NCBI GenBank assembly: GCA_963841735.1
Contig: CAWJDT010000001.1
Location: 864,001 to 928,000, forward strand
Length of the DNA: 64,000 nucleotides
Source: an uncultured Actinomycetes bacterium
GTDB taxonomy: Bacteria > Actinomycetota > Thermoleophilia > RBG-16-64-13
Reading direction: 5' to 3'
Shown: one piece after another, positions 55,758-64,000 of the stretch
How the letters are laid out: the number at the start of each line of letters is the position of its first letter
Numbering within the stretch: the stretch's first letter is position 1
The notes under the pieces: model-generated
What the model saw: the letters and a program-made list of their open reading frames with translations, nothing else
Told to the model about the DNA's origin: nothing
Databases searched by the model: none
Program-made: the position numbers and the translations under genes

Positions 55758-57046
55758 TTGTTTCGATCTCTGAGATAAGCCACGTTACCTGAGCACGCGG
55801 CAGCTTGGGTCGCAGACCAAGCGCGCAGCCTCTCTCGTAGTGCACGCCCGCCGTCTAGATGTTCGAGCAGCAGCCGGCCGATTGCGGCTTTGTGTTCTCC
55901 AAGCGCCCACGCGTCGATGGGATCGGACTGCAGCCCGGCCATCTTGATCAGTGCGTTCATCTTGAAGGTATTGGCCGAAAGAGGCACAACGGGGGTGCCC
56001 CCCGACAGGGCGAAGATGGCGGCGTGCCACCTGCCGCCCACGTAGCAGTCGGAATTTCCTACGATGTCGACTACCTGCTGAACCGGAGTTGTGAGTCCGA
56101 CCACGGGAAGACCGAGCCGACGCCCAAGAGAACGGAGCACGGGCTCGTCTACCAGATCCGACACCACGAGCACTATCTGTCCCGGGTAGACGGAACGCAG
56201 GTGCTCCAACAACTCCTGGTACTCGTCTGTGAGCATCGCGCCCGCGTTTCTGCCGCCGAAAATGGACGAGCCGCCCACGCACACATAGGGTTTGTCTGGT
56301 TCGAAGCCCGCTGCGTCAGGCCAGACGTCGAAGTAGCACGGCCGCCGCACGACGGGGGTCCAGTCCTCCCGCGGTGCCGGCCGGAAGCGGAAGGCCGTGT
56401 CTGGCGAGAATCGACCGGCGCAAAATGTCTGACACCGCTCGACGGACATCTGATCGCGGAACACCACGTCGTCAAGCAATGGATAGACCTCCCGGGCGAT
56501 CTCCCCCAGGGAAGGGCCGGAGAAGTCGGCCGTGTGGTTGACGATGATCACCGGCATATCGAGGCGCTTCTTGAGGACATAGGCCATAAGGAGCTCCGTG
56601 CGGGCGACAAGTGAGTCGCTTGCCGTCATACAGCCATCCCCGTGTATCACCGCTACTTCGGTGTCTCGGGCGGCCCTCAGGAAGGCCGACCATGGCCCGT
56701 CCTCGCGGGCAAAATGGTCGGCGGCTCGGCTGAAGCCCGACCAGGTGCGCGGGACTTGGTCGCCCGACCAGGTGCGCAGCCGTCGCTCCAGTCTTCTGCG
56801 GACCGCGAACAGGATTGGCGGCGCGCAAAGCTCCAGTAGGTGCCGGGCCTTGCTCTGGGGGGCCGGCGCGGTGGCTGGGGCCGTCCGGCCCACAGTGGAG
56901 GTGCCCAGTTCCAGCTCCGAGACCGAAGCCGTGATTTCTCCGCCGGCTTCCCCGATAAGCGTCTTGAGCGAGTATGCCGCGGCTCGATCTCCCAAGTTTG
57001 GGTTGCTGGAGGAGTCGTTGATCAAGAGCACTCGCATTGGGGTCAC
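55751..57046 (-). CDS. Polysaccharide pyruvyl transferase family protein
   Basis: 'NLGD', 'FRD..S', 'PDTAF', 'GRWHAAIFA'. Confidence 0.72.
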   Translation of the reverse strand: MTPMRVLLINDSSSNPNLGDRAAAYSLKTLIGEAGGEITASVSELELGTSTVGRTAPATAPAPQSKARHLLELCAPPILFAVRRRLERRLRTWSGDQVPRTWSGFSRAADHFAREDGPWSAFLRAARDTEVAVIHGDGCMTASDSLVARTELLMAYVLKKRLDMPVIIVNHTADFSGPSLGEIAREVYPLLDDVVFRDQMSVERCQTFCAGRFSPDTAFRFRPAPREDWTPVVRRPCYFDVWPDAAGFEPDKPYVCVGGSSIFGGRNAGAMLTDEYQELLEHLRSVYPGQIVLVVSDLVDEPVLRSLGRRLGLPVVGLTTPVQQVVDIVGNSDCYVGGRWHAAIFALSGGTPVVPLSANTFKMNALIKMAGLQSDPIDAWALGEHKAAIGRLLLEHLDGGRALRERLRAWSATQAAACSGNVAYLRDRNKW

Positions 57047-57054
57047 CCGGCGCT

Positions 57055-58350
57055 TTACGCCGCGCCAGTGGTGTCGACCAGGAGGCCGTGTTCCACCAAT
57101 CGGGCAACTAGGGGGTACAGAGCTTCCGCGGCTGCTCCGGTGATGTCGCTGATGTCTATAAGGTCGTTCGTGCCGTCCGCGTAGGCAAGAACGTCCATCA
57201 TGGCTCTGACCTGCCGGTAAGAATCCCTAGTGCCCAAGGTGGGATAAAGGCCGCGGCCGCCCAGATGAGGTTCGCCCAGACAGGTGGTGCGGTATACCCG
57301 GTTGTTCTCCAACAACTCAAGACAATCTTGCAGGGCCGAGAGGCCCCCCTGCAGGCCGGCCGGCGTGACGAAGCTCAGATCGTCCAACGACGTGTGGTAC
57401 TCGGGGTACTCCTGGTACTTGGAGCGCATCACCGACACCACGGGCAGGTCGATGCCGGGGCTGCAGTACTGGCGCTCGTCGCTGCCCCGTTCCAGAAACG
57501 AATAGCGCACGAAACCGGGATGCTTGGTCGCAAGGATGTTGAGAGCCGCACGGTCGGCAAGCGTTTCCCCGTATCTCGACGGTAGGTAAGAGAACGCTCT
57601 CTCGTCACCGACGCAGGTCACGTTGAAGCCCGCTACGGTGTTCGTCTTCAACTCCTCCAGGTGTTCACTCAGATAGGTGAGCGAGCCTATGGTCTCGGGG
57701 ATGAAGACCAGGCGATACGTATACCGGCGAGGTCTGCTCGCGATCCACTTCGCGAGCCAGGTGGTGACTACGGGCCCCGACAGTTCATTATTGGCGAGTG
57801 AGGGATGACAAACGTAGGTTGACAGGAACACCTCTTGGGAAGAGGCGCCCGGGATGAGCAACTCCCCGTAGGTAAGGGAGCCCTGCTTCAAGTCACTGTC
57901 GATGACTACCCGGTATCGACCTTCGTTAAGGCTTTGCCGCCGCCGGTGCGAAAGGCAGAATCCCCAGCGGCGTTCGTAGTAGGAGGTGACATAGGGGATC
58001 GCGTCAGGCTGGTTCTCGAGGGAATGAAGATGCTCCTGTAATTCGGCCAACGAAACGGTGGCATCCACGGGCACCGAATAGCCTACGACGTGAAGGTTGT
58101 TGTCCTTGAAGTCCACCACGCGCGCGCCGCTCTCGTCCAGGATGTATGCGTCCCGGATGTTCCACTCGGGGGGCACGGTCCAGTCGAAGACCCGGGTGCC
58201 GGAGGGGACCTCGTGGATGGTCAGCGGTATGTGCGCCTGGAGGATACGGAGCGTCTCGCGCACACCATCGCCGGTGATGCTCCGGCAGATGGGGAACAGG
58301 CGCCTCGCCAGCTCGTGCATCGCCGGGCCGTTGGCTTCAGAGTTTCCCAT
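57055..58350 (-). CDS. DUF4910-family (M28 aminopeptidase-like) protein typical of polysaccharide clusters
   Basis: '[14 protein letters not shown]', 'DWTVPPEWN', 'IPYVTSYY', '[12 protein letters not shown]', 'GSDERQY', 'EYHTS'; C-terminal wHTH. Confidence 0.85.
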   Translation of the reverse strand: MGNSEANGPAMHELARRLFPICRSITGDGVRETLRILQAHIPLTIHEVPSGTRVFDWTVPPEWNIRDAYILDESGARVVDFKDNNLHVVGYSVPVDATVSLAELQEHLHSLENQPDAIPYVTSYYERRWGFCLSHRRRQSLNEGRYRVVIDSDLKQGSLTYGELLIPGASSQEVFLSTYVCHPSLANNELSGPVVTTWLAKWIASRPRRYTYRLVFIPETIGSLTYLSEHLEELKTNTVAGFNVTCVGDERAFSYLPSRYGETLADRAALNILATKHPGFVRYSFLERGSDERQYCSPGIDLPVVSVMRSKYQEYPEYHTSLDDLSFVTPAGLQGGLSALQDCLELLENNRVYRTTCLGEPHLGGRGLYPTLGTRDSYRQVRAMMDVLAYADGTNDLIDISDITGAAAEALYPLVARLVEHGLLVDTTGAA

Positions 58351-59404
58351 CGCGCAGGTCCTCCTGAGCTCTCTGATAGTCTTCGTGTCGGCCCACGTCT
58401 TGCCAATACTCGATAATGGGGAAGCCGGCGACTACCTGCTTCTCGTCCAAAAGGCGGCGGATGAGGTCGGTCATGTCGAAACGGCGGTCGCTTGGGATGT
58501 AGTCGCAGGCACTGGGCTCCAGTAGGTAGATGCCGGCATTGATGAGAAGGGTGAGCGAGGGTTTCTCCTTCAACTGCCGGACCCGGGCGTCGTCGCATTC
58601 CACCACTCCGAACGGCACCTGCACCTCGTGCACGCGGACGCCCACGGTCAACAAAGCGCCGTGCTTCTGGTGATAGCGGAGCATCCGCTGATATGACACC
58701 CCGGTTAGGATGTCACCGTTGATCACCAAGAAAGGCCCGGTGGGTCTCTCGATCAGCTTCAGGCCCCCCGCCGTTCCCAGGGGCTGGTCTTCGTTCGAGT
58801 AGTTCATCCTGACCCCGAAGGCCTCGCCGTCGCCGAAGTGTTGGACGATGCTCTCGGGCAGGTAGTGGGTCGTGAGGTGCACCTCACTGATGCCGGAGTT
58901 CCGCAATTGTTCGATGGTGCGTTCCAACAACGGGCGCTCGCCCACCGGAAGCATCGGCTTGGGCACGTGCTCGGTGAGGGGCAGGAGCCGCGTTCCGTAG
59001 CCACCGGCCATGATCACGGCTGAGAGGTCAGTTTGGACCTCGGCCACAAGATTCTTGCGGAGGAGAAAGTCTATGAGCAATCCCTTGCCATCAACCACAG
59101 GCAGGTGGTTGATGTCGTGCTGCAGCATCATCCGGAGGGCTTCTGCCCCCGATATGGTGTCGTGGGCGACGACGGGGTCCAAAACGGCGATCGTCTCGCT
59201 GGGAGCGTCAAGCGGGATCTTGCGCAAGATGGCGCGGCGGATGTCGCCGTCGGTGAGAAGACCGCGCATCTTCCGCCCAGGAGCGCATAGCACCAGCGCG
59301 CCGGTTCCCGCTCGGTCGAGTTGAGAGATGGCGGCCGCGATGGAGAGCTCGGGCGGAGCGGTCACGCTATCGAGCAACGCTTCCAGGTGGGCGTCCACGG
59401 TCAT
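58337..59404 (-). CDS. CBS-domain sugar-phosphate nucleotidyltransferase (PtmE-like)
   Basis: Start ATG 59404 (ATGA overlap); CBS '[11 protein letters not shown]'; '[12 protein letters not shown]...PKPML', 'PLGTAG', 'NGDIL', 'YWQDVG'. Confidence 0.85.
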   Translation of the reverse strand: MTVDAHLEALLDSVTAPPELSIAAAISQLDRAGTGALVLCAPGRKMRGLLTDGDIRRAILRKIPLDAPSETIAVLDPVVAHDTISGAEALRMMLQHDINHLPVVDGKGLLIDFLLRKNLVAEVQTDLSAVIMAGGYGTRLLPLTEHVPKPMLPVGERPLLERTIEQLRNSGISEVHLTTHYLPESIVQHFGDGEAFGVRMNYSNEDQPLGTAGGLKLIERPTGPFLVINGDILTGVSYQRMLRYHQKHGALLTVGVRVHEVQVPFGVVECDDARVRQLKEKPSLTLLINAGIYLLEPSACDYIPSDRRFDMTDLIRRLLDEKQVVAGFPIIEYWQDVGRHEDYQRAQEDLRDGKL

Positions 59405-60801
59405 GTCTTCGGGCCCGAGTCGGAGGGCGCGTTCGCCGGGAGGTTCAGCACCCTCTTTGTGGATAGGCCGGAGGCCGGGTCGAGGTTGAGCACGGTGGTG
59501 ACTCCGCAAGAGTTGTTGGCGGCGATCCCGATGGCGCTCAAGGCCCGCAGTGGGAACGTTTCCTCGTCGAACACGTAGCGCCAGCGGTGGAAGGGGTCGT
59601 CGATGTCGAAGTTGTCGTAGTGGTAGCTGCCGGCGACCGTCTTGAGTGCCAGCCAGGGCTGGGGCCCGAATGTGGGGACTGTCGATCGGACCTCAAGCAC
59701 GTGGGTCGAGTCGCCCAGGGCGTGGAGTGACGTCTCCAGCTCGCAGGCGGGCTCTAGGGTGAGGCCCAAGGCTCTGCGCATCGCGTCGATCGCCTCGCAG
59801 AACTTGACCGGCACGGAGGGGAACTCGCGGCTCACACAGGCCAGCAGCCCTCGGACGCCGTCGACGTCGGGCCGGATATCCCGGAAATCATGGTCGGTGA
59901 AAGCCATCACCACGGGCCGGCCCTCCTGAGCCTCCAGGAAGGCCTGCCGCACATCGCCCTCGCCCAACAGACGATACCGAGTGCCCACGTTGAGACATCT
60001 AGCGATCCAGCGCCGGCAGGCACCCGGTATCTGGTAGTCGTCGTGCGCCGGATGGTATGGCTCCCAGGTTGCGGGGGCACGGCGCCAATCGCCCCAACGA
60101 CCGTCCTCTAGGCCCGACTGAGACCTGTCATCCTCAGTGGGCGTTGTCGCTTGACTGGAGAAGTCGAAGGGGATGAACTGTTCGAGGAACCAGTGACTAT
60201 CGGGGCGGATCACGTGGAATCCTGCCCGATGAGCGGCGGGGAACCACTGCCGGTCGATGACCCGGCGGCTGAGGATCTGTTGCAGACTGTCGGAGGCCGT
60301 CCACCAGTGGGTGGCACAGCGATGAGCCTCCCTGCGGAAGTTGTGGGGATGATAATGGAAGTGCACGCCATCGCGCGATGCTCCCAGATCCCGGACCAGC
60401 CCCAGGTAATGGTCGAAGATGTTGTGGTAGCCGATGTCCCGTCGCCTGGGGTTGGCGTCGTAGTCGACATGATCGACGCAGAACCAGTTGTACACCCAGC
60501 CTTGGCCGTCGGAATCGCGCGCGCGGTCGCGGAAGCCGGCCCCCATGCAGTCGGCCATAAGGCCGTCGACTTTGTCCCAAGTGTCGTTATAGGCCAGCAG
60601 GTGCGGGTTGACCACCCTGCTCACGGCCGTCTCTTGGCCGCCTAGGTCGACCTCGCCGGCCTGCAGGCGGCGGAGCATGTCCGCGCTCGGCTCGAGGTCG
60701 AGACCGAAGATGGCCCGAAGGCGCTCGAAGGTGGCCTCCACCGACTCATGGAGAGGCCCCTCCGTATCGATGCAGTGGACAACGTGAACGCAGTTTGACA
60801 T
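59401..60801 (-). CDS. Hypothetical protein, possible polysaccharide-deacetylase-like metalloenzyme
   Basis: Coupled to its neighbours; 'HCIDTEG' and 'HFHYHPH' acidic/His motifs. The fold assignment is inference. Confidence 0.65.
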   Translation of the reverse strand: MSNCVHVVHCIDTEGPLHESVEATFERLRAIFGLDLEPSADMLRRLQAGEVDLGGQETAVSRVVNPHLLAYNDTWDKVDGLMADCMGAGFRDRARDSDGQGWVYNWFCVDHVDYDANPRRRDIGYHNIFDHYLGLVRDLGASRDGVHFHYHPHNFRREAHRCATHWWTASDSLQQILSRRVIDRQWFPAAHRAGFHVIRPDSHWFLEQFIPFDFSSQATTPTEDDRSQSGLEDGRWGDWRRAPATWEPYHPAHDDYQIPGACRRWIARCLNVGTRYRLLGEGDVRQAFLEAQEGRPVVMAFTDHDFRDIRPDVDGVRGLLACVSREFPSVPVKFCEAIDAMRRALGLTLEPACELETSLHALGDSTHVLEVRSTVPTFGPQPWLALKTVAGSYHYDNFDIDDPFHRWRYVFDEETFPLRALSAIGIAANNSCGVTTVLNLDPASGLSTKRVLNLPANAPSDSGPKT

Positions 60802-60812
60802 CCAGGAACCCC

Positions 60813-61985
60813 TCAGGCCACGAGCTGCAGGAACCTCTTCTTCGCCGGGATCTCCTTCTCAAAACATGCGAAGAACTCATCGAAGCGCGCCTGCATTCTC
60901 TCGACATCCCATCGCAGGTAGTACTTCGAGACAAGCCGGGACACGAAGAACTCGAACAACTCGGACACTCTCGGGTCCACCCTGAAGCAGTTGCTGCACA
61001 TCGTGCCTTCTGGGATCGAGTCCTCGATGTGCTGCCTCCTCAGCGCGGTGATGGTCTCGTTGTTGATCAATTCTACGGGACTGCCGTCCCCGATGCCTCC
61101 AAATACCAGTTCTCCATGATAGTCCCGGCAGCACGCCGATACGCGCCCGTCGGTCAGCACATGAAGCGTCGGCTCGAACAGCTGGTCGCAGGGTCGCCAG
61201 GGCACAATGTGATTCTTCAGCACACTTTCTTCCAAGAAATAGCTGTTATCTGGACAAAGACCGCTGACCAGAGTGAGATGGATATTCCTCATGTCAGCGT
61301 ACCGTGAGTAGAACTGCAGATGGTATGCCAACTCGTGCCGGACGTCGTTGCTCACTATCGAATGGATGCTGACCTTCTTAATGGCACCGCTGGTCTTGTT
61401 GGCGTCCGCAAAAGCATCGAGATTCGACAGCAACTGATCGAATCTGCCGGGTCTACGGATCTTCTCGTACGTTTCCCTGGTCGCGCCATCTATCGAAAGA
61501 CGAAGAGACGAAATGACGTCCGCATACTCGAACAGCAGATCCATCCTTCGCGCCAGCAGCAGGCCGTTCGACGACAGCATGATCTTCACATCATGCTGTA
61601 GCAGAACCAGCAGATAGTCCTCTAGACGGGGGTTCAGCAGAGGCTCGCCAATAGTGTGGACAGCCGTCGGGCCTCGACCGAAGCGCTTCTGGTATTCGAC
61701 ACACCTGGCGAACAGATCGAGGTCCATGGTAGACCGCTCGCGCCTTGAGATCGAAGGCCGGCACATGAGGCAGTCCAGATTGCAGTTGTTGTTTATCTCG
61801 ATCTCTCCGATGCGAAAGGCGGCAGGATCGACGGTCAGACCAGGTGTAGGGCGGGCCTGGACGATCCGCGAGTATCCGCGCCCCGACGCGGTGGCCTCAG
61901 CGAGCCAGCGTACGGGCGGTATCGTTCGGGCTGCGGCCCTGAGCATGGTCATGCGATGGATTCCTCGGAGCTTCCCAGGGGACAC
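60813..61985 (-). CDS. Radical SAM protein with SPASM/Twitch domain
   Basis: CxxxCxxC 'CNLDCLMC', 'GEPLL', 'SNG', 'SIDG'; C-terminal 'PCDQLF...DGRVSACCRD...CSNC'. Start probably near 61952. Confidence 0.88.
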   Translation of the reverse strand: MSPGKLRGIHRMTMLRAAARTIPPVRWLAEATASGRGYSRIVQARPTPGLTVDPAAFRIGEIEINNNCNLDCLMCRPSISRRERSTMDLDLFARCVEYQKRFGRGPTAVHTIGEPLLNPRLEDYLLVLLQHDVKIMLSSNGLLLARRMDLLFEYADVISSLRLSIDGATRETYEKIRRPGRFDQLLSNLDAFADANKTSGAIKKVSIHSIVSNDVRHELAYHLQFYSRYADMRNIHLTLVSGLCPDNSYFLEESVLKNHIVPWRPCDQLFEPTLHVLTDGRVSACCRDYHGELVFGGIGDGSPVELINNETITALRRQHIEDSIPEGTMCSNCFRVDPRVSELFEFFVSRLVSKYYLRWDVERMQARFDEFFACFEKEIPAKKRFLQLVA

Positions 61986-62004
61986 TCCCCGCCGCGGTCC
62001 TGCC

Positions 62005-63057
62005 TCACTGTAACCCCTCCCAGCGGATCACTTGGTCTTCTACAACATCATCGGCAAGTCTGCGCCCGACTACATAGCGGAGTTCATCCGGGCCGATGCC
62101 GGTGCCCGGCCGCTTCGCGTCGAGGTCATCTTCGGCGAGCACGTGTCCCGCGGGCAGCGGGCGCCGGGCAACGAGGCTCCTTCTGAACTGCCTGCGCTTC
62201 TGGCGCTCAGCTTCGGTAATCGTGCGTCTGGGGCTTCCGAGCGCCTGGAAGACCCTGAGCCCTTCCTCCGCGATGGTGCGAAGCTCTGTTGGATCGGCCG
62301 AAATGGCGTGATCCCAGCCGGCCATCTCTTTGTCCAAGGTGAAGTGCTTCTCGATGACGGAGGCCCCCAAGGCGACGGCAGCTAGGGGGATGCAGGTCCC
62401 CAAGGTATGGTCGCTAAAGCCCACGGGCACGTCGAAGGCTTCTCTCAAGGTGCCCATGTTGCGAAGGTGTATGGCGGACGCCTCCGGAGGGTAGAGCGAG
62501 ACGCAATGCAGCAGAACAATCTGCTCGTTGCCCTCCGCGCGGATGGCATCCAGCGCCTGCTCGATCTCTCCCAGGGTGGCCATTCCTGCTGCTACGAGTA
62601 CCGGACGCTGCTTCCTGGCAACGTAGGTCAGCAGCGCAAGATTGGTGACATCCATGGAGGCTATCTTGATGAACGGTACCTCGAGTTCGTCGAGGAGGTC
62701 GGCCTCCTCGGCCGAGAATGCGCTCGAGCAGAAGGCGATGCCGCGTTTGCGGCAGTGGACCAGAGCTTGGCGGTGCTGTTCGGAGGTGAGCTGGTATGCC
62801 CGCACCATCTCGAGCAACGAGCCGAAGTGCTTCTTTTTGTCGGAGTACTCGGGATTGCGGTCGTACTCTTCGCGGGCGATGAGCGAAGTCTCACTCCACG
62901 ACTGAAACTTGACCGCTTGAGCGCCGGCTTCGGCGGCGGCGTCTATCAACCGCATGCAGAGGTCCATGTCACCGTTGTGGTTGGCGCCCACCTCGGCTAT
63001 GACATAGGGAGGAAGCCCCTCACCGACAGTGATGTTCCCTAGGTTCACGGTCCTCAT
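62005..63057 (-). CDS. NeuB-family nonulosonic acid synthase with SAF domain
   Basis: Start ATG 63057 (AAGGAG); 'IAEVGANHNGD', 'AVKFQ', 'KIAS', 'LHCVSLYP', 'GFSDHT', 'IEKHFTLD', 'KRPGTGI'. Substrate (Neu/Leg/Pse) cannot be determined from sequence. Confidence 0.93.
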   Translation of the reverse strand: MRTVNLGNITVGEGLPPYVIAEVGANHNGDMDLCMRLIDAAAEAGAQAVKFQSWSETSLIAREEYDRNPEYSDKKKHFGSLLEMVRAYQLTSEQHRQALVHCRKRGIAFCSSAFSAEEADLLDELEVPFIKIASMDVTNLALLTYVARKQRPVLVAAGMATLGEIEQALDAIRAEGNEQIVLLHCVSLYPPEASAIHLRNMGTLREAFDVPVGFSDHTLGTCIPLAAVALGASVIEKHFTLDKEMAGWDHAISADPTELRTIAEEGLRVFQALGSPRRTITEAERQKRRQFRRSLVARRPLPAGHVLAEDDLDAKRPGTGIGPDELRYVVGRRLADDVVEDQVIRWEGLQ

Positions 63058-63971
63058 ACTGGCTCCTTCCGAGTGGTCCACAAGTATTGCAGGCCCGGGT
63101 AGGCGACGTCTGCCCACCAAAGCGGGTCCGGTGCCGCGACATTGAGTGCCGCGACGTATCGATCCAGCCGCTCTGGGTCCAGGATGACATGGGTATAGAA
63201 GTCCTCGACGTCAGCTGATATCCGGTCGATCTCTTCCAGGCGGTTGGGCTGGGCGCCGTCGGCGGGGTGGGAGCGGACGAGCGTGAAGTGCCTTCGTGCC
63301 AGATCCGTGTCCGCCCGCACCTGCTCCGCGGTGAAGGGCAACAAAGTGCGGGCGGTGTTCGCTCCATGTTGACGGTAATCCATTCGCACCTCGGCATCGA
63401 AGGCCAGCCGTGCCCCAAACGACCAGGCCCTGGTGATCAGGAACCAGTCCACGAGAGTCACTTCTGCTGGGATGGGCAGGCAGCGCCGGAGCGTGTCTGA
63501 GCGGAATGCGCTGTTGGAGAGACCGTAGAGGTTGTGCCTGGGTAGGACACTATCCGCCGCTGTGCCGGAGGGGAGGCCCATCACCAGTCCCAGATTCGCG
63601 CCACGTTCGTCGACGAGACTCAGGGCGCAACCGGTGACGTCGGCGGCGCGCAGGTCCCGGCGCGCCGCGGCCACGCGAGTGGGGTGTAGCAGGTCGTCGC
63701 TATCGACAAGGACCACCCCGTCGCAGGCATCCACAATCTGGGTGAGCGCTCTTTGGCGGACCAGGGCTGGTGAGTCTCCGGCCTCGGCCGGCACCCAGTT
63801 GACCCGCGGCCGGGAGCCCATGAGCTTCTCCACGTGCGCGATCTCCAGCCCGTCCACGCCGATCCACAGTTGGAAGTCCTGGTCGGTCTGTCCCCGCACC
63901 GATTCGTACCAGCTGGGCAGAAAGCGTTCTACGCCCGGGTAGATGGTCGAGTAGAGGGCCAGCGTGCTCAT
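63054..63971 (-). CDS. Glycosyltransferase family 2-like protein
   Basis: 'SV..QTDQDF', 'VDG', DxD motif 'VDSDD', 'YRQHGAN'. Confidence 0.75.
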   Translation of the reverse strand: MSTLALYSTIYPGVERFLPSWYESVRGQTDQDFQLWIGVDGLEIAHVEKLMGSRPRVNWVPAEAGDSPALVRQRALTQIVDACDGVVLVDSDDLLHPTRVAAARRDLRAADVTGCALSLVDERGANLGLVMGLPSGTAADSVLPRHNLYGLSNSAFRSDTLRRCLPIPAEVTLVDWFLITRAWSFGARLAFDAEVRMDYRQHGANTARTLLPFTAEQVRADTDLARRHFTLVRSHPADGAQPNRLEEIDRISADVEDFYTHVILDPERLDRYVAALNVAAPDPLWWADVAYPGLQYLWTTRKEPV

Positions 63972-64000
63972 CGAGCGCGGCCTACCGGTCCTCGGAGTGG

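Overview
GC-rich bacterial chromosomal window. It is probably from an anaerobic deep-branching actinobacterium (Thermoleophilia/Coriobacteriia-like); this is inference from GC content, MMPL, CWB2 repeats, TAnnnT -10 boxes and [FeFe]-hydrogenases. Five blocks: (1) 1.7-11.1 kb, a minus-strand operon rex - receiver - hydC - hydB - hydA - sensory [FeFe]-hydrogenase/histidine-kinase fusion - receiver - REC/PAS/kinase, preceded by tandem Rex-operator-like sites; (2) 12.8-22.1 kb, a ~2460-aa signal-peptide-bearing RHS polymorphic toxin (DNRLRE, beta-helix, 3x CWB2, RHS, Ntox44-like tip) followed by a Kelch protein and a low-GC putative lipoprotein; (3) 23.3-32.8 kb, a Pho locus (5'-nucleotidase, phoR/phoP, PHO-box repeats, pstSCAB-phoU); (4) 32.8-41.9 kb, an ABC exporter, an OmpR-type two-component system and divergent glgP/malQ; (5) 41.9-64 kb, a large surface-polysaccharide locus with two divergent Wzc-like BY-kinases showing complementary motif defects, a Wzy/ligase-like protein, glycosyltransferases, a c-di-GMP-I riboswitch ahead of a secreted beta-helix protein, rmlABCD and a nonulosonic-acid module with a radical SAM enzyme. 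No rRNA, tRNA, CRISPR array or intact transposase was seen. The best candidates for undescribed biology are the H2/NADH dual-sensing hydrogenase phosphorelay with no DNA-binding response regulator, the CWB2-anchored RHS toxin with no evident cytoplasmic immunity gene, and the split-function BY-kinase pair. All calls come from motif reading by eye; no database searches were run.
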